This document shows positions 12,401 to 24,903 of a stretch of 64,000 nt of DNA, piece by piece. Under the pieces are notes generated by a model. The model did not search any database and had not been told where the DNA came from. It saw nothing but the letters and a program-made list of their open reading frames with translations. Each line of letters opens with the position of its first letter. The first letter of the stretch is position 1. A program made the translations under genes and the position numbers. Origin of the DNA: Octopus vulgaris (lineage: Eukaryota); the NCBI GenBank assembly GCA_951406725.2, contig OX597839.1, forward strand, positions 9,238,001-9,302,000, written 5' to 3'.

Positions 12401-13004
12401 TTGTCTCTCACCACTACCATGCGCCCTTCCACGAACATTCTTTTCTTTCTTTCTTTCCCTTCAACTTATCATTTAACTGCATAACATAATAGCATTCCCT
12501 TTTTCCTACCTCCCACCACTACAACATTCCCTTGTTCTAAACACACACACTCTCTCTCTCCCCCTCTCCCTCCCTCTCTCTCTCTTTCTCTCTCTCCAAT
12601 TAACCACTTCACACAACACTGTACCATATGTAGGTACATTAGCAGATTAATATTATAGATAATAATAGCATTGGTTTCTTTCTAGCAAGACACATGGCTA
12701 GAAATAGACCAAAGTCAACTTGACACCCATATGATGGCATTTACTATCTATCTATCTTTGGGTCATATCAGGTTCCCTGTATCCCTGGTCATTAATGCCT
12801 GCTTGATAATTAATTACCAAAACTGCTGACAACTTTACAAAGCTAAATGGTTTGTCAATATATGATATATGGTGCAACGATGGGTGTCATAGCACTATTT
12901 CAAAAGCTACAGTATATTAGTTGAGCCACTGGTGGCATTGCCATGGTGCATGAGTGTGTGTCTGTGTGTGTGTGTGTGTGCATGCGTGCACGAGTGTGCA
13001 TGCA

Positions 13005-13293
13005 CTGTGGTTCCAGCATCATCCGAACGTGACCGATGCCAGCGCCACCTTGACTGGCTTCCATGCCAGTGGCACGTAAAAAGCACCAATCCAATCATGG
13101 CCGTTGCCAGCCTCGCCTGGCACCTGTGGCACGTAAAAAGCACCCACTGCACTCACAGAGTGGTTGATGTTAGGAAGGACATCCAGCTGTAGAAACACTG
13201 CCAGATCAGACTGGAGCCTGGTGCAGCCTTCTGGCTTCCCAGATCCCGGTCGAACCGTCCAACCCATGCTAGCATGGAAAACGGACGTTAAAC

Positions 13294-13330
<37 letters not shown>
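13005..13330 (+). mobile_element. (ATG)n-tailed RTE-type 3' repeat
   Basis: Homologous to 4935-5262, long (GAT)n tail. Confidence 0.75.
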
Positions 13331-13333
<3 letters not shown>

Positions 13334-13601
13334 ACTTTTCCAGATTACTTTCACACACAATCACACATATATATAGGCACAGGCAAGAGAAGTTTGCTTT
13401 ACAACCATATGGTTTCAGGTTGGATCTAATTGAACGGCACTCTGGGAAGTGTCTTGTACAAAAGCCTGGAGTAGATCAACACCTTAGGAGTGGAATTTGG
13501 TAAACAGGAATAGTATGGCAACCCATCACATGCACATGCATGTAAGTGAACATACATATATGTCTGTGTATATATGTCTTCACATAATGTATCAAGTAGC
13601 T

Positions 13602-13676
<75 letters not shown>

Positions 13677-14850
13677 AATGTTACATCATGGTAAGCAGAA
13701 AACCCTTACTAGTTTAAATTCATGAAGACAGCAGAAGTGTTAAGGACATGTCCCCTGTGAAGGGAATTGGCCTGCAGGAGTCCTGTGCCAGTGCCACATA
13801 AAATGCACGCATGCCAGTGGCACGTTAGAAGCGCCCCGCACACACTGTAAAATGGTTAGTACCAGGAAGGGAATCCAGCCATAAAAACCAATATAAATCA
13901 GTCTGGAACCTGGTACAGCTTCCCAGCTCTTGTTAAACCATCCAACCCATGCCAGAATGGATAATGGACATGAAGATGATGATGGTGATGAAGACAGAAA
14001 AAACACAAAAAGATGATTTAGATCATACTGTTTTCTTTTTTGTTTCACTTAAATTAATTTAAGTTAATTACATACTACAGTTATGCAATTATACATTTGG
14101 TGGTGTTTATCTGAATGAAACAGCTGTTGAATACAATTAAAGAATGAACTATGTATGAAATTTATGCTTTTCTATTTTTATGCTAAATATAATTATTATC
14201 ATCATCTTTTTCTTTCCTTTTTTTCCTTAATTCAAACATTCCTTTATTTATGTTGCTGATATTGATGCTGCTGTTGCTACTGGTGGTGGTGAGGATGATG
14301 ATGGTGGTGGTGGTGGTGGTGGTGGTGGTGATGATGATGATGATGATGAGGAGGAGGAGGAGGACAATGATAACAGTTACAACAAGTAGGATGCCTAAAA
14401 ATGGCAGTGATAATGATGTTGGAAATAGTGGTGGAGATAGTAATGATGACGAAGGATGGTAATAATGACAATAATAATGATAATGAGTGAAGTGATTATG
14501 GTGATTATGATGATGCTGTTGCTGCTATTTCAACCAAAGATGAAAGAAGGTAATTTAAATTTTATTTTTAAGAGAATGTATTAAAGCAAGACATATGTTG
14601 TTGATCTCTATTTCAGAAAATTTCTCACTTTTTTTTGTCATTAACTTCCAATTTTTTTATTCAGTTTATTTATTTATTATTATCGTTATTTTTTTTTTCT
14701 AATTCTTATTTTTGCAGCCAATGGCTTTTTTTTTTTTTTTTCAATATTTTTTTTATTTTTTTTTTTTTTCACTGTTAATAAATAAAAAGAGAAGAAAGAA
14801 ATTTGTGGATGACAAGTTTAGCTGGAAGATGTAGTAACTGTAGTTTTTTA

Positions 14851-14965
14851 TGTGTGTGCATGCACATGTGTGTGTGTGTGTGCACGCACATGTGTGTGTG
14901 TGTGTGTGTGTGTGCACGCACATGTGTGTGTGTGTGTGCACGCACATGTGTGTGTGTGTGCACGC

Positions 14966-15000
<35 letters not shown>
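14851..15000. repeat. (TG)n compound repeat with recurring GCACGCACAT interruptions
   Basis: Direct inspection. Confidence 0.8.
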
Positions 15001-15002
<2 letters not shown>

Positions 15003-15269
15003 AGAGAGAATTTATGGCTGTTGAAAGACAGTATCCATATATATGCTTGGGTAAAAACTATGGAATAAAATGACATATGCAATAATATTATAAAAGAAAT
15101 GAAGAAAACTACAGCTCAATTTATAAACGCTATTTTAACAGACACCTTTTTATTTATTTATGAATCTCTGAACAATTCATAAAAACAGCAAGACTGACTG
15201 AAATATGAATAGCTGTTGTGTTAAAACATAATTATTTCACTCACATACATACACATCCTCAGAGTGAAA

Positions 15270-16010
15270 GGTAGATAGTATAATGTTTGAGTGCAAACTG
15301 CTATGCTACATAGTATTGAAGTATGGGCTGAGAATGTAGGAGACATACAATGCCTTGGGAAAATAAAACCAGGCTGCTCTGTTGGATATGCAATAGCAGT
15401 GTGCATGTATTTAACAAAAGTTAAATGTTTTGAGAGAAAAACTAGGTATAAGAAGCATCAGATGTGCAAGAGAGAAGACTGCATTGGTAGGTTATGTTGT
15501 TGTTGTTGTTTGTTCCTTCTTGAGCCATGCCTGGCTCATAAGGGCAGGTTTCCCGGTTTCTTGGCGTATAGGTTCCCCACCTGGACGGGACGCCGGTCCG
15601 TCGCAGATGAGCTGCAAAATGCAGGAGGAAAGAGTGAGAGAAATTTGTGGCGAAAGAGTCAGCAGAAGTTCACCATTACCTTCTGCCGGAGCCGCGTGGA
15701 GCTTAGGTGTTTCGCTCATAAACACACACATCGTCCGATCTGAGATTCGAACCCTCGATCCCTCGACCGCGAGTCCGCTGCTCTAACCACTAGGCCATGT
15801 GCCTCCACTTTGGTAGGTTATGGGATACATATGAATGATGACAGCTGTATGAAGAAGAGCCAATCTCTAAATGTGGAGGGAACCTGTTGAACAGGAAGAC
15901 CTAGGAAGACATGGCAAATGATCTTCAGATGTTGGAGCCTCACAGAAGAGATGAATGAGGAAAGACATGATTGGCAATTTACTGTGCTTGAGAAGACTTG
16001 TCCAGCTAAG
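15270..16010 (+). pseudogene. RTE LINE 3' fragment interrupted by a SINE
   Basis: VQTAMLHSIEVWA..., REKLGIRSIRCA..., and VEGTC..GRPRKTW resumes after the insert. Confidence 0.65.
15497..15809 (-). mobile_element. tRNA-derived SINE family C with 13-bp TSD
   Basis: rc GGAGGCACATGGCCTAGTGGTTAG (A box)...GGTTCGAATC (B box), (AAC)n tail; TSD TTGGTAGGTTATG at 15484-15496 and 15810-15822. Confidence 0.9.
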
Positions 16011-16392
16011 ATCAAGACCATAAAGGCATGTTGCTTATGTGAGTGGCCCTGAGAGACGGCTTCCCCTAAAACCCATCTTCCTAACACCTCTCCACTCCCT
16101 CCACCAGTGTTCACCACAACATACCCTCATAACACCCACTACATTTGCCACCTCCTCTCCATCTCCCACTCTTCTTTTGTAATCTCACAAACTTACCCAC
16201 CCATTCCAATCCTTTGTTCCACTTCACTTACACACCAGGAAGTAACATATATTTATCCATTATTCATTTTACCATAAAATAAAGGGTTTTGGTTAAGAAA
16301 AGCTTACATATAGTTGGTTATATTTACTGATAATATTTAACATGTATTTACAATTGAAAATGACCATCCTTTACTTTTACCACAGCCTTTAA

Positions 16393-16613
16393 CCCTTTCA
16401 TTACTGTATTTATTTTGAGATGTTCTGTGTTTCTTTCAATTACTTTTAAATATAACAGAGAATTTAGTGAAATAACTTAGTTATCATTAAGCTAGTGTTA
16501 GGAACATAAATTGTGACTAAGGTTTGGCAGAAGATTTTAATTCAAAACTTATGAAAACAAGACATTTGTACTCAGAGTCAGAGCCGGTTTCAGCCAGGTT
16601 GGTAACAAAAGGG
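16393..16613 (+). mobile_element. piggyBac-type MITE B
   Basis: TTAA|CCCTTTCATTAC...GGTAACAAAAGGG|TTAA. Confidence 0.85.
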
Positions 16614-16944
16614 TTAATCTTTTTTTTCCACCGATGTGCATGATTCCTTCACCACCTCTTCATTCGAATTGGTCCACATCTCAAGACCTTCTTTCCAGTT
16701 TAGCACACAGAGTTTCAGATATGTGAAAAATCCTTCTCCAATACAGGCCATATTATAAAACCCATAGGAATAATATCAGGGTATAGTAGACCAATAGAAT
16801 AAGTATCAGGCTTAAAAAAAAAAAAAAGCACTGGGGTCAAATAGTTTGGCTAAAATTCCTCAAGGTTGTGCCCCAGCATGGCCGCACTCTGATGACTGAA
16901 GCAAAATAAAAGATAAAAGATATGTATGTAAGTATACTTATATA

Positions 16945-17116
16945 GGCACAGGAGTGGCTGTGTGATAAGTAGCTTGTTTACCAACCACATGGTTCCGGGT
17001 TCAGTCCCACTGCGTGGCACCTTGGGGGGCAAGTGTCTTCTACTATAGCCTCGGGCAGACCAAAGCCTTGTGGGTGGCTTTGGTAGACGGAAACTGAAAG
17101 AACCCCATCGTATATA

Positions 17117-17159
<43 letters not shown>

Positions 17160-17394
17160 GCATGCGCGTGTATGTGTGTATGTGCGTGTGTGTTTGTCCT
17201 CCTAGCATTGCTTGACAACCGATGCTGGTGTGTTTATGTCCCCGTCACTTAGCGGTTCAGCAAAAAGAGACCTATAGAATAAGTACTGGGCTTATAAAGA
17301 ATAAGTCCCGGGGTCGAGTTGCTCGATTAAAAGGCGGTGCTCCAGCATGGCCGCAGTCAAATGACTGAAACAAGTAAAAGAGAAAGAGAAAGAG
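16945..17394 (+). mobile_element. SINE-A
   Basis: Full-length match to the family. Confidence 0.85.
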
Positions 17395-18180
17395 ATATGC
17401 ACGTGTCTGTGTGTGTACTCATACATATAGGCATACATACCAACGTACACACCCAAATTGTGTGTGAATGCATGTGTTTGTGTCTAACAGATTTCACTCC
17501 CAATGATGCCAACTTAAGCCTATGGTGAAAGACACATTTGCTCGGAGTATTGAGCAGTGAGATTGAAACAGCAACCTCACAGCTGTGAACAAAACTTCTT
17601 AATAGTGAAATCTTGAAGGATAGGTTTTAAATTGCTTTGTGAAAGCAGCTTTCATTTTCCAATTAAGAATTTCGTTTGATTCAGTTTCACATTCCTTTAT
17701 TTATGGTATTTTCCATGGGTTTTCAAAACCATTTGAAAATATATTAAAGGGTTTAATAATTACATTTTATCTTTGATAAACTAACCTAAATGGGATCTAC
17801 AGTTTAATGAGTTTTCATACAACTCTTCATATTTATTGCACTTTGTAATTATTTCAAGACGCTATAAGGTTCAAAAATCATTGTGTGTGTGCGCATGCAT
17901 GCACATACACACACACACACACACACAGTCTGCCTGTGTGTATACATGTATGCAACAACATTCAAATGCTGTATACACTCTCTGGCTCGGCTACATTACT
18001 ACAATAGATCATGTTCTTTTGAACTAACCAACTCTCTCTCTCCACCATCTTCACCAAATAAGACTTACTTGCCTCTCCTCACTCTCATTAGCTGTCTTTT
18101 TTCCCCCCTCTACTTGTTTCAGTCATTAGACTGCAGCCATGCTGGGGCACCACCTTGACATGATGACACACATAGATACA

Positions 18181-18274
<94 letters not shown>

Positions 18275-18347
18275 ATGCTGTTGATGATGATGATGAGGAC
18301 CATGATGATGATCATGATGATCATGATGATCATGATGATCATGATGG

Positions 18348-18384
<37 letters not shown>

Positions 18385-18600
18385 CCTTTCTACTGCAGAC
18401 ACAAGACCCGAAATTTTGGGGGAAGGATAAGTCAATTACATCGACCCCAGTGTTTGACAGGTACTTATTTTATCGAACCCCAAAAGGATGAAAGGCAAAG
18501 TCAACCTCAGCGAAATTTGAACTCGGAATGTAAAGTTGACAAAGTACCACTAAGCATTTCTCTCTCAACGTGCTAACGATTCTGCCAGCTCACCATCTTA
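18385..18600 (-). mobile_element. SINE-B (diverged)
   Basis: GGATGAAAGGCAAAGTCAACC...TTTGAACTC core. Confidence 0.7.
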
Positions 18601-18701
18601 CAAATAATAATAATAATGATGGTCACTCCCATCAGTTTCGACATATGAGTGTTTGAAGGAGAGGATTTATATAACAAAAAAAAAAAAAAAAAAAGGATTA
18701 A

Positions 18702-19081
18702 AGGCGCAGGAGTGGCTGTGTGGTAAGTAGCTTGCTAACCAACCACATGGTTCCGGGTTCAGTCCCACTGTGTGGCATCTTGGGCAAGTGTCTTCTGCTA
18801 TAGCCCCGGGCCGACCAATGCCTTGTGAGTGGATTTGGTAGACGGAAACTGAAAGAAGCCTGTCGTATATATGTATATGTATATATATATGTATGTGTGT
18901 GTTTGTGTGTCTGTGTTTGTCTCCCTAGCATTGCTTGACACTTAGTGGTTCGGCAAAAGAGACCGATAGAATAAGTACTGGGCTTACAAAGAATAAGTCC
19001 CGGGGTCGATTTGGTCGACTAAAGGCGGTGCTCCAGCATGGCCGCAGTCAAATGACTGAAACAAGTAAAAGAGTAAGAGTA
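18702..19081 (+). mobile_element. SINE-A (small internal deletion)
   Basis: Family match. Confidence 0.85.
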
Positions 19082-19089
19082 AATATAAA

Positions 19090-19612
19090 AGAATCTGCAC
19101 CTTTTTGTTCATGGAAGCATGAATGTAATTTCAGTCCAGGAATGGATTTTGCTATGAAGTCACGCTGGGGACAATGATGATTTTGATTTTGCCTGAGATT
19201 GGACAAATGTATCTGTTGGTTGCAGGATTCTTTTATTCTTCAGTTTCTTCAACTCAAATTGTTTAAGCGCATCATGACACATTTCACACCACTCAGATTG
19301 ATCTCAGCAATAACTTTCCCAAGATGTCCAATTAAGCTGTCGGGGGTTTCAGTGACTGTTTTCACCTTATCCTTCTTCATACTTAAAGGTGTGTCGTCCT
19401 TTACCACAAAATCCCTCTCTACTTGTTGGCCACACAAAAGAATTTTCAGAATGCAATCATCTTGCATTCAAACAACATGTTCAGCCCATCTGCATGGAAT
19501 TCTCAACAGCATGTTTATGATACTGAAGATATCACATTTTTAAAAAATGTTGACATTTGGTATCTTATCTTGCCACTTTATGTTGCAGATATTGTGCAGA
19601 CAGCACATGTGA
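19090..19612 (-). pseudogene. RTE LINE ORF C-terminal fragment (a further subfamily)
   Basis: rc FHMCCLHNICNIKWQDKIPNVNIF*...RWAEHVV*MQDDCILKILLCGQ matches RTE FHMRCLRRIL.I.WQDKI.N...LRWAGHV.RM.D.RIPK.LLYG; contains stops and frameshifts. Confidence 0.8.
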
Positions 19613-20068
19613 AATAATGATAATAATAATGATAATAATAATAATAATGCTTTCAAATTTTGGCACAGGACCAATAGTCTTTCAGGGGAAAGTTGATTAC
19701 ATCAATCTCAGCACTTGACTGATTCTTATTTTGTCGACCCCCAAAAGGACGAAAGGCAAAGTCGACCTCAGCAGGATTTGAACTCAGAACATAAAGAGGG
19801 ATGAAAAATGCTGCTATGAATTTTGTTTTGTCTGGTGTGATAAGGACTCTGCCAGCTCACTACTTTAAAATAATGATAACGATGAGGAGGAGGAAGATTT
19901 AAAAAATTCTGGCACTAGGCCAGACAGTTCGAGGGAAGGGTTAGGTCGATTACATTGAACCCACTAATAATAATAATAATAATAATAATAATGATAATAA
20001 TGATAATAAGGATAATAATAATAATAATGATAAGGATAATAAGGATAATAATAATAATGATAATAATG

Positions 20069-20111
<43 letters not shown>

Positions 20112-20188
20112 CAACAACAACAACAACAACAACAATAATAATAATAGTAATAATAGTAACCACTGCCGTTGCTATATTCATCCTCATC

Positions 20189-20420
20189 AAGGCGGCGAGC
20201 GGGCAGAACCGTTAGCACGCCGGGCGAAATACGTAGCCGTATTTCGTCTGCCGTTATGTTCTGGGTTCAAATTCCACCGAGGTCGACTTTGCCTTTCATC
20301 CTTTCGGGGTCGATAAATAGAGTACCAGTAACACACTAAGGTCGATATAATCAACTTAATCCGTTTGTCTGTCCTTATTTGTCCCCTCTATGTTTAGCCC
20401 CTTGTGGGTAATAAGGAAAT
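20189..20420 (+). mobile_element. SINE-B full copy
   Basis: AAGGCGGCGAGC...GGGTTCAAATTCC...AAGGAAATA. Confidence 0.85.
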
Positions 20421-20945
20421 ATATATTCATCCTCATCATCATCATTCAAGTGGTGAGCTTCCAGCATTGTTAGCACTCCAGGTGAAATGCTTACTGCCAT
20501 TTCTTATAGTTTTCTGTTATGATTTCAAACGCCACCAAGGACAACTTTGTCTTTCATCCTTCAGAAGCATCCATCATATACTGGGACCAATGTACTTGAC
20601 TAACCTCCTTACACTAGCACCAAGATCTGAAACCATTACTAAGAGATCGTCATTGTTGTCGTCATCGCCGCCGTCATCGTCATCATCATCGTTGTTGTTG
20701 TTGTTGTTATTATAAAGGTGGTGAGCTGGCAGAATTGTTAGCGCACTGGATGAAATGCTTAGCAGTATTTTGTCCACCGCTAAGCTCGGAGTTCAAATTC
20801 CACCAAGGCTAACTTTACCTTTCATCCTTTAAGGGTCAATAAAATAAGTACTAGCTGAATGTATTCGACTTATCTCCTCCCCGAAACTTGCTGCCCTAGT
20901 GGCAAAATTTGAAACCATCATCATAATTATTATTATTATTATTAT

Positions 20946-21025
<80 letters not shown>

Positions 21026-21308
21026 TAGTTAAGAAAGAGCGAACCAACAGAATCATTAGCATGCCAGGCAAAATGCTTGCTGGCATTTCGTCCATCTTTA
21101 CATTCTGAGCTCAGATTACACCATGGTTGACTTTGCATTTCATCATTTTGCTGAACTTTTAAGTTACAAGGATGTAAACTCACCAAAACACAGACGCAAA
21201 GACACACACACACACATACATGTATATACAATGGGCCTCCTACAGTTTCCTTCTACCAAATTCACTCACAAGGTTTTGGTAGAAGACATTTTCCAAGGTA
21301 CCTTGCAG

Positions 21309-21589
21309 GCCGAAAAGGCCGCTAGAAGCTAGGATCACCAAGCATAGATTGGCATATTTTGGTCATATTATGTGGAGAAAATCCCTGGAGAAGGACATCA
21401 TGCTCGGAATGGTCAGTGGCAAGAGAGGAAGAGGCCAACTAAGAACCCACTGGCTTGACACCATCAAGAGGGATACCAGAATGGACATAGCTAATCTGAA
21501 AGAAGCGGCCCAGGATAGAACTGACTGGAGGACACTGATCCAACAAGTAATCGAGAGTCAACTTCGACTGAGCAGTTAGATAGATAGAT
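21309..21589 (+). mobile_element. 5'-truncated BovB-like RTE LINE inserted into a SINE-A
   Basis: LAYFGHIMWRKSLEKDIMLGMVSGKRGRGQLRTHWLD; (AGAT)n tail; TSD CTTGCAG/CTTGTAG; splits the SINE-A sequence CCAAGGTACCTTGCAG|TGGGACTGAACCC. Confidence 0.85.
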
Positions 21590-22307
21590 CTTGTAGTGGG
21601 ACTGAACCCAGAACCATCTGGTTGGGAGGCAAACTTTTTACCACACAGCCACACCTGCACCTGACATATAACAGCAAAAATCTAAAAATAATAAAGCTAA
21701 TTACTATATTAAGTGGGTAATCTAATACTATGTACTACACATACCCTTAATTTTAATCTTGATTTTGGTGAGAAAAAATGGGGTCTGTATTATAAATGGC
21801 GTTTTTACAGTAGATTTGGAAACCATACAACCGAAATCAAGTTTTAAAATAAGGATTAAATTATGGGATCCTGCCCAGGATCTATTTCACAAACTGTTAA
21901 TTAAGAATAAGGCAGTGGAATAGCTGAGCTTGGTACGAATGCTACTAATATTTATCACAAATCCATGCACAGTGAGGAAGAGTTGGGGAGGAAATAATTA
22001 TAAGTGCCTGTAATGAGAATTGATAATTAAGCATGATTATGCAATAACAAAATCCTACAAATGTGTGTAAATAATTATCTTTGTTAATAATTGGATTTCT
22101 AATTTGTTAGAGTTAATTAAGTTAATTGGGCAAAATCATTAATTAAAAATAGTAATGATTTCTAAAGCTGGGCACAAGGCCAGGAAATTAAAAACTGACT
22201 GCGACTTTATTTTATCTCAGAACACAATTCAGCACACAAAAGGATGTAGATAATACCACAATGAATTTGGTCAGATGATCAACCGATTCTGCAATCCAGA
22301 CCCTTAA

Positions 22308-22528
22308 CCCATTTGTTACCAACCCAGCTGAAACCGGCTCTGGCTCTGTAGCACAAATGTCTTGTTTTCAAAAGTTCTGAATTAAAACCTTCTGCCAAAC
22401 CTTAGTCACAATTTACGTTCCTAACACTAGCTTAACGATAACCAAGTCATTTTACTAAATTCTTTGCTATATCAAAAATAACTGAAAGAAAAACAGAGCA
22501 TCTCAAAATAAATACAGTAATGAAAGGG
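22308..22528 (-). mobile_element. piggyBac-type MITE B (inverted)
   Basis: TTAA flanks; rc of 16393-16613. Confidence 0.85.
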
Positions 22529-22532
22529 TTAA

Positions 22533-22751
22533 CCCTTTACTGTTTAAACCAGCCATATCCAGCCAAAATATTCTACCAGTTTTATGTTCAAAATGACTAG
22601 ATCCAGCCATTCGCACTTGCCCTACAATGTCATTCAAAATATAAACGTCACATCATCAAAATCTCAAAACTACAGGATAATTCAGAATTAATCAAAAATA
22701 ATGTGAATAAATAAATATTACAGTTGACAGAGTAATCTAAATGCCACAGGG
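22533..22751 (+). mobile_element. piggyBac-type MITE A
   Basis: Shares TTAA at 22529-22532 and 22752-22755 with its neighbours. Confidence 0.8.
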
Positions 22752-22755
22752 TTAA

Positions 22756-23647
22756 CCCTTTCGTTACTGCATTTATTTTGAGATGCTCTGTATTTCATTC
22801 AATTATTTTAAATATAACAAAGAATTTAGTAACATAACTTAGTTATTATTAAGCTAGTGTTGGGAACATAAATTGTGGCTAAGGTTTGGTGGAAGATTTT
22901 AATTCAATACTTATGAAAACAAGACATTTGTTACCATATTTCTGTTGAGATGCTCTGTGTTTCTTTCAATTAATTTTAAATATAACAAAGAATTTAGTAA
23001 CATAACTTAGTTATCATGAAGCTAGTGTTGGGAACATAAATTGTGGCTAAGGTTTGGTGGAAGATTTTAATTCAAAACTTATGAAAACAAGACATTTGTT
23101 ACCATATTTATTTTGAGATGCTCTGTATTTCATTCAATTATTTTAAATATAACAAAGAATTTAGTAACATAACTTAGTTATTATTAAGCTAGTGTTGGGA
23201 ACATAAATTGTGGCTAAGGTTTGGTGGAAGATTTTAATTCAAAACTTATGAAAACAAGACATTTGTTACCATATTTCTGTTGAGATGCTCTGTGTTTCTT
23301 TCAATTAATTTTAAATATAACAAAGAATTTAGTAAAATAACTTAGTTATCATGAAGCTAGTGTCGGGAACATAAATTGTGACTAAGGTTTGGTGGAAGAT
23401 TTTAATTCAATACTTATGAAAACAAGACATTTGTTACCATATTTCTGTTGAAATGCTCTGTGTTTCTTTCAATTAATTTAAAATATAACAAAGAATTTAG
23501 TAAAATAACTTAGTTATCATGAAGCTAGTGTCGGGAACATAAATTGTGACTAAGGTTTGGTGGAAGATTTTAATTCAATACTTATGAAAACAAGACATTT
23601 GTACTACAGAGCCAGAGGTGGTTTTGGCCGGGTTGGTAATGAAAGGG
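22756..23647 (+). repeat. MITE B with five internal tandem units of 167-168 bp
   Basis: Junction ACATTTGT at 22924, 23092, 23259, 23427 and 23595; one pair of outer TIRs. Confidence 0.9.
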
Positions 23648-24153
23648 TTAAAAAATGACATGTTTGTCATAGTTGGAGTACCTTTATATACCGTATATAT
23701 TTTGAAATGCTCTGTATTTCTTTCAATTATTTTAAATATAACAAAGAATTTAGTAAAATACCTTAGTTATCATGAAGCTAGTGTTGGGAACATAAATTGT
23801 GACTAAGGTTTGGCAGAAGATTTTAATTCAATACTTATGAAAACAAGACATTTGTACTACAGAGCCAGAGGCGGTTTTGACCGGGTTGGTAATGAAAGGG
23901 TTAAAAAATGACATGTTTGTCATAGTTGGAGTACCTTTATATACCGTATATATTTTGAAATGCTCTGTATTTCTTTCAATTATTTTAAATATAACAAAGA
24001 ATTTAGTAAAATACCTTAGTTATCATGAAGCTAGTGTTGGGAACATAAATTGTGACTAAGGTTTGGTGGAATATTTTAATTCAATACTTATGAAAACAAG
24101 ACATTTGTACTACAGAGCCAGAGGCGGTTTTGGCCGGGTTGGTATCAAAAGGG
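23648..24153 (+). repeat. Two near-identical 253-bp tandem units, each containing a MITE B with a degenerate left end
   Basis: TTAAAAAATGACATGTTTGTCATAG starts at 23648 and 23901. Confidence 0.9.
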
Positions 24154-24382
24154 TTAAATATAAGTTATAATAAAACAGTGACAAATAAACAAAATTCCCA
24201 GTATTTTGTGAACCATACACTACCAGCCAGCAGGGCCATAAGTTGTTTGGCTTGTGGATAAAAGCAGCGTTGCATTACAATGGTGTCATTTGTTTTAACT
24301 GGTTTGAAGTCAGTAAACCATAAATATCATGGTTTCAAGCTCCTATAATTTGTATGCATGGAGGTTCCTTTTCAGTCTGTTG

Positions 24383-24444
24383 CTTTGTTCTGTCTAGCTG
24401 GATCAATAAGTAACAGTTTATTTATCCAGCTAGATAAAACAGGG
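24383..24444 (+). ncRNA. Candidate pre-miRNA-like hairpin
   Basis: CTTTGTTCTGTCTAGCTGGAT pairs with ATCCAGCTAGATAAAACAGGG (21 positions, 1 mismatch, 3 G-U), plus an inner AATAAG/TTTATT stem. Confidence 0.3.
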
Positions 24445-24671
24445 AGATATAAGTGTGAGCTCACAGTATATCTATCGTGTTTGACTGAGATAAAAGCTAA
24501 TAATACAAAGTCAGATGATGCATTTTTTTAGCCAACTTTTCAACACTGGTCTCTTATAAAATTTGGTCTGCTCAGTCAGCATTGATCAGAGGTATCTAAC
24601 AACCACAACAACAACAGCACTACTACCACTACTACTATTATCAAGTGATTCTGGGTAGTGGGGCCTTTTAA

Positions 24672-24903
24672 AAGGCGGCAAGCTGGCAGAAACGTTAGCA
24701 CGCCGGGCGAAATGCGTAGCCCTATTTCGTCTGTCGTTACATTCCGAGTTCAAATTCCGCTGAGGTCGACTTTACCTTTCAGCCTTTCGGGGTCGATAAT
24801 TTTAGTACCAGTTACACACTGGGGTCGACGCAATCAACTTAATCCCTTTGTCTGTCTTTGTTTGCCCCCTCTGTGTTTAGCCCCTTGTGGGTAGTAAAGA
24901 AAT
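24672..24903 (+). mobile_element. SINE-B full copy
   Basis: Family match. Confidence 0.85.

Noticed and set aside
21830-22150. Cluster of TAATTA/TTAATTAA homeodomain-like motifs as an enhancer
   Set aside because: Expected by chance in very AT-rich DNA; no independent evidence.
22756-24153. Possible CRISPR-like repeat array
   Set aside because: Units are 167-253 bp with no unique spacers, derive from a MITE, and lie in eukaryotic DNA with no cas genes.
24383-24444. Annotation as a bona fide mir-9/mir-79 gene
   Set aside because: Both seed regions differ from miR-9-5p and miR-9-3p; kept only as an unnamed hairpin candidate.
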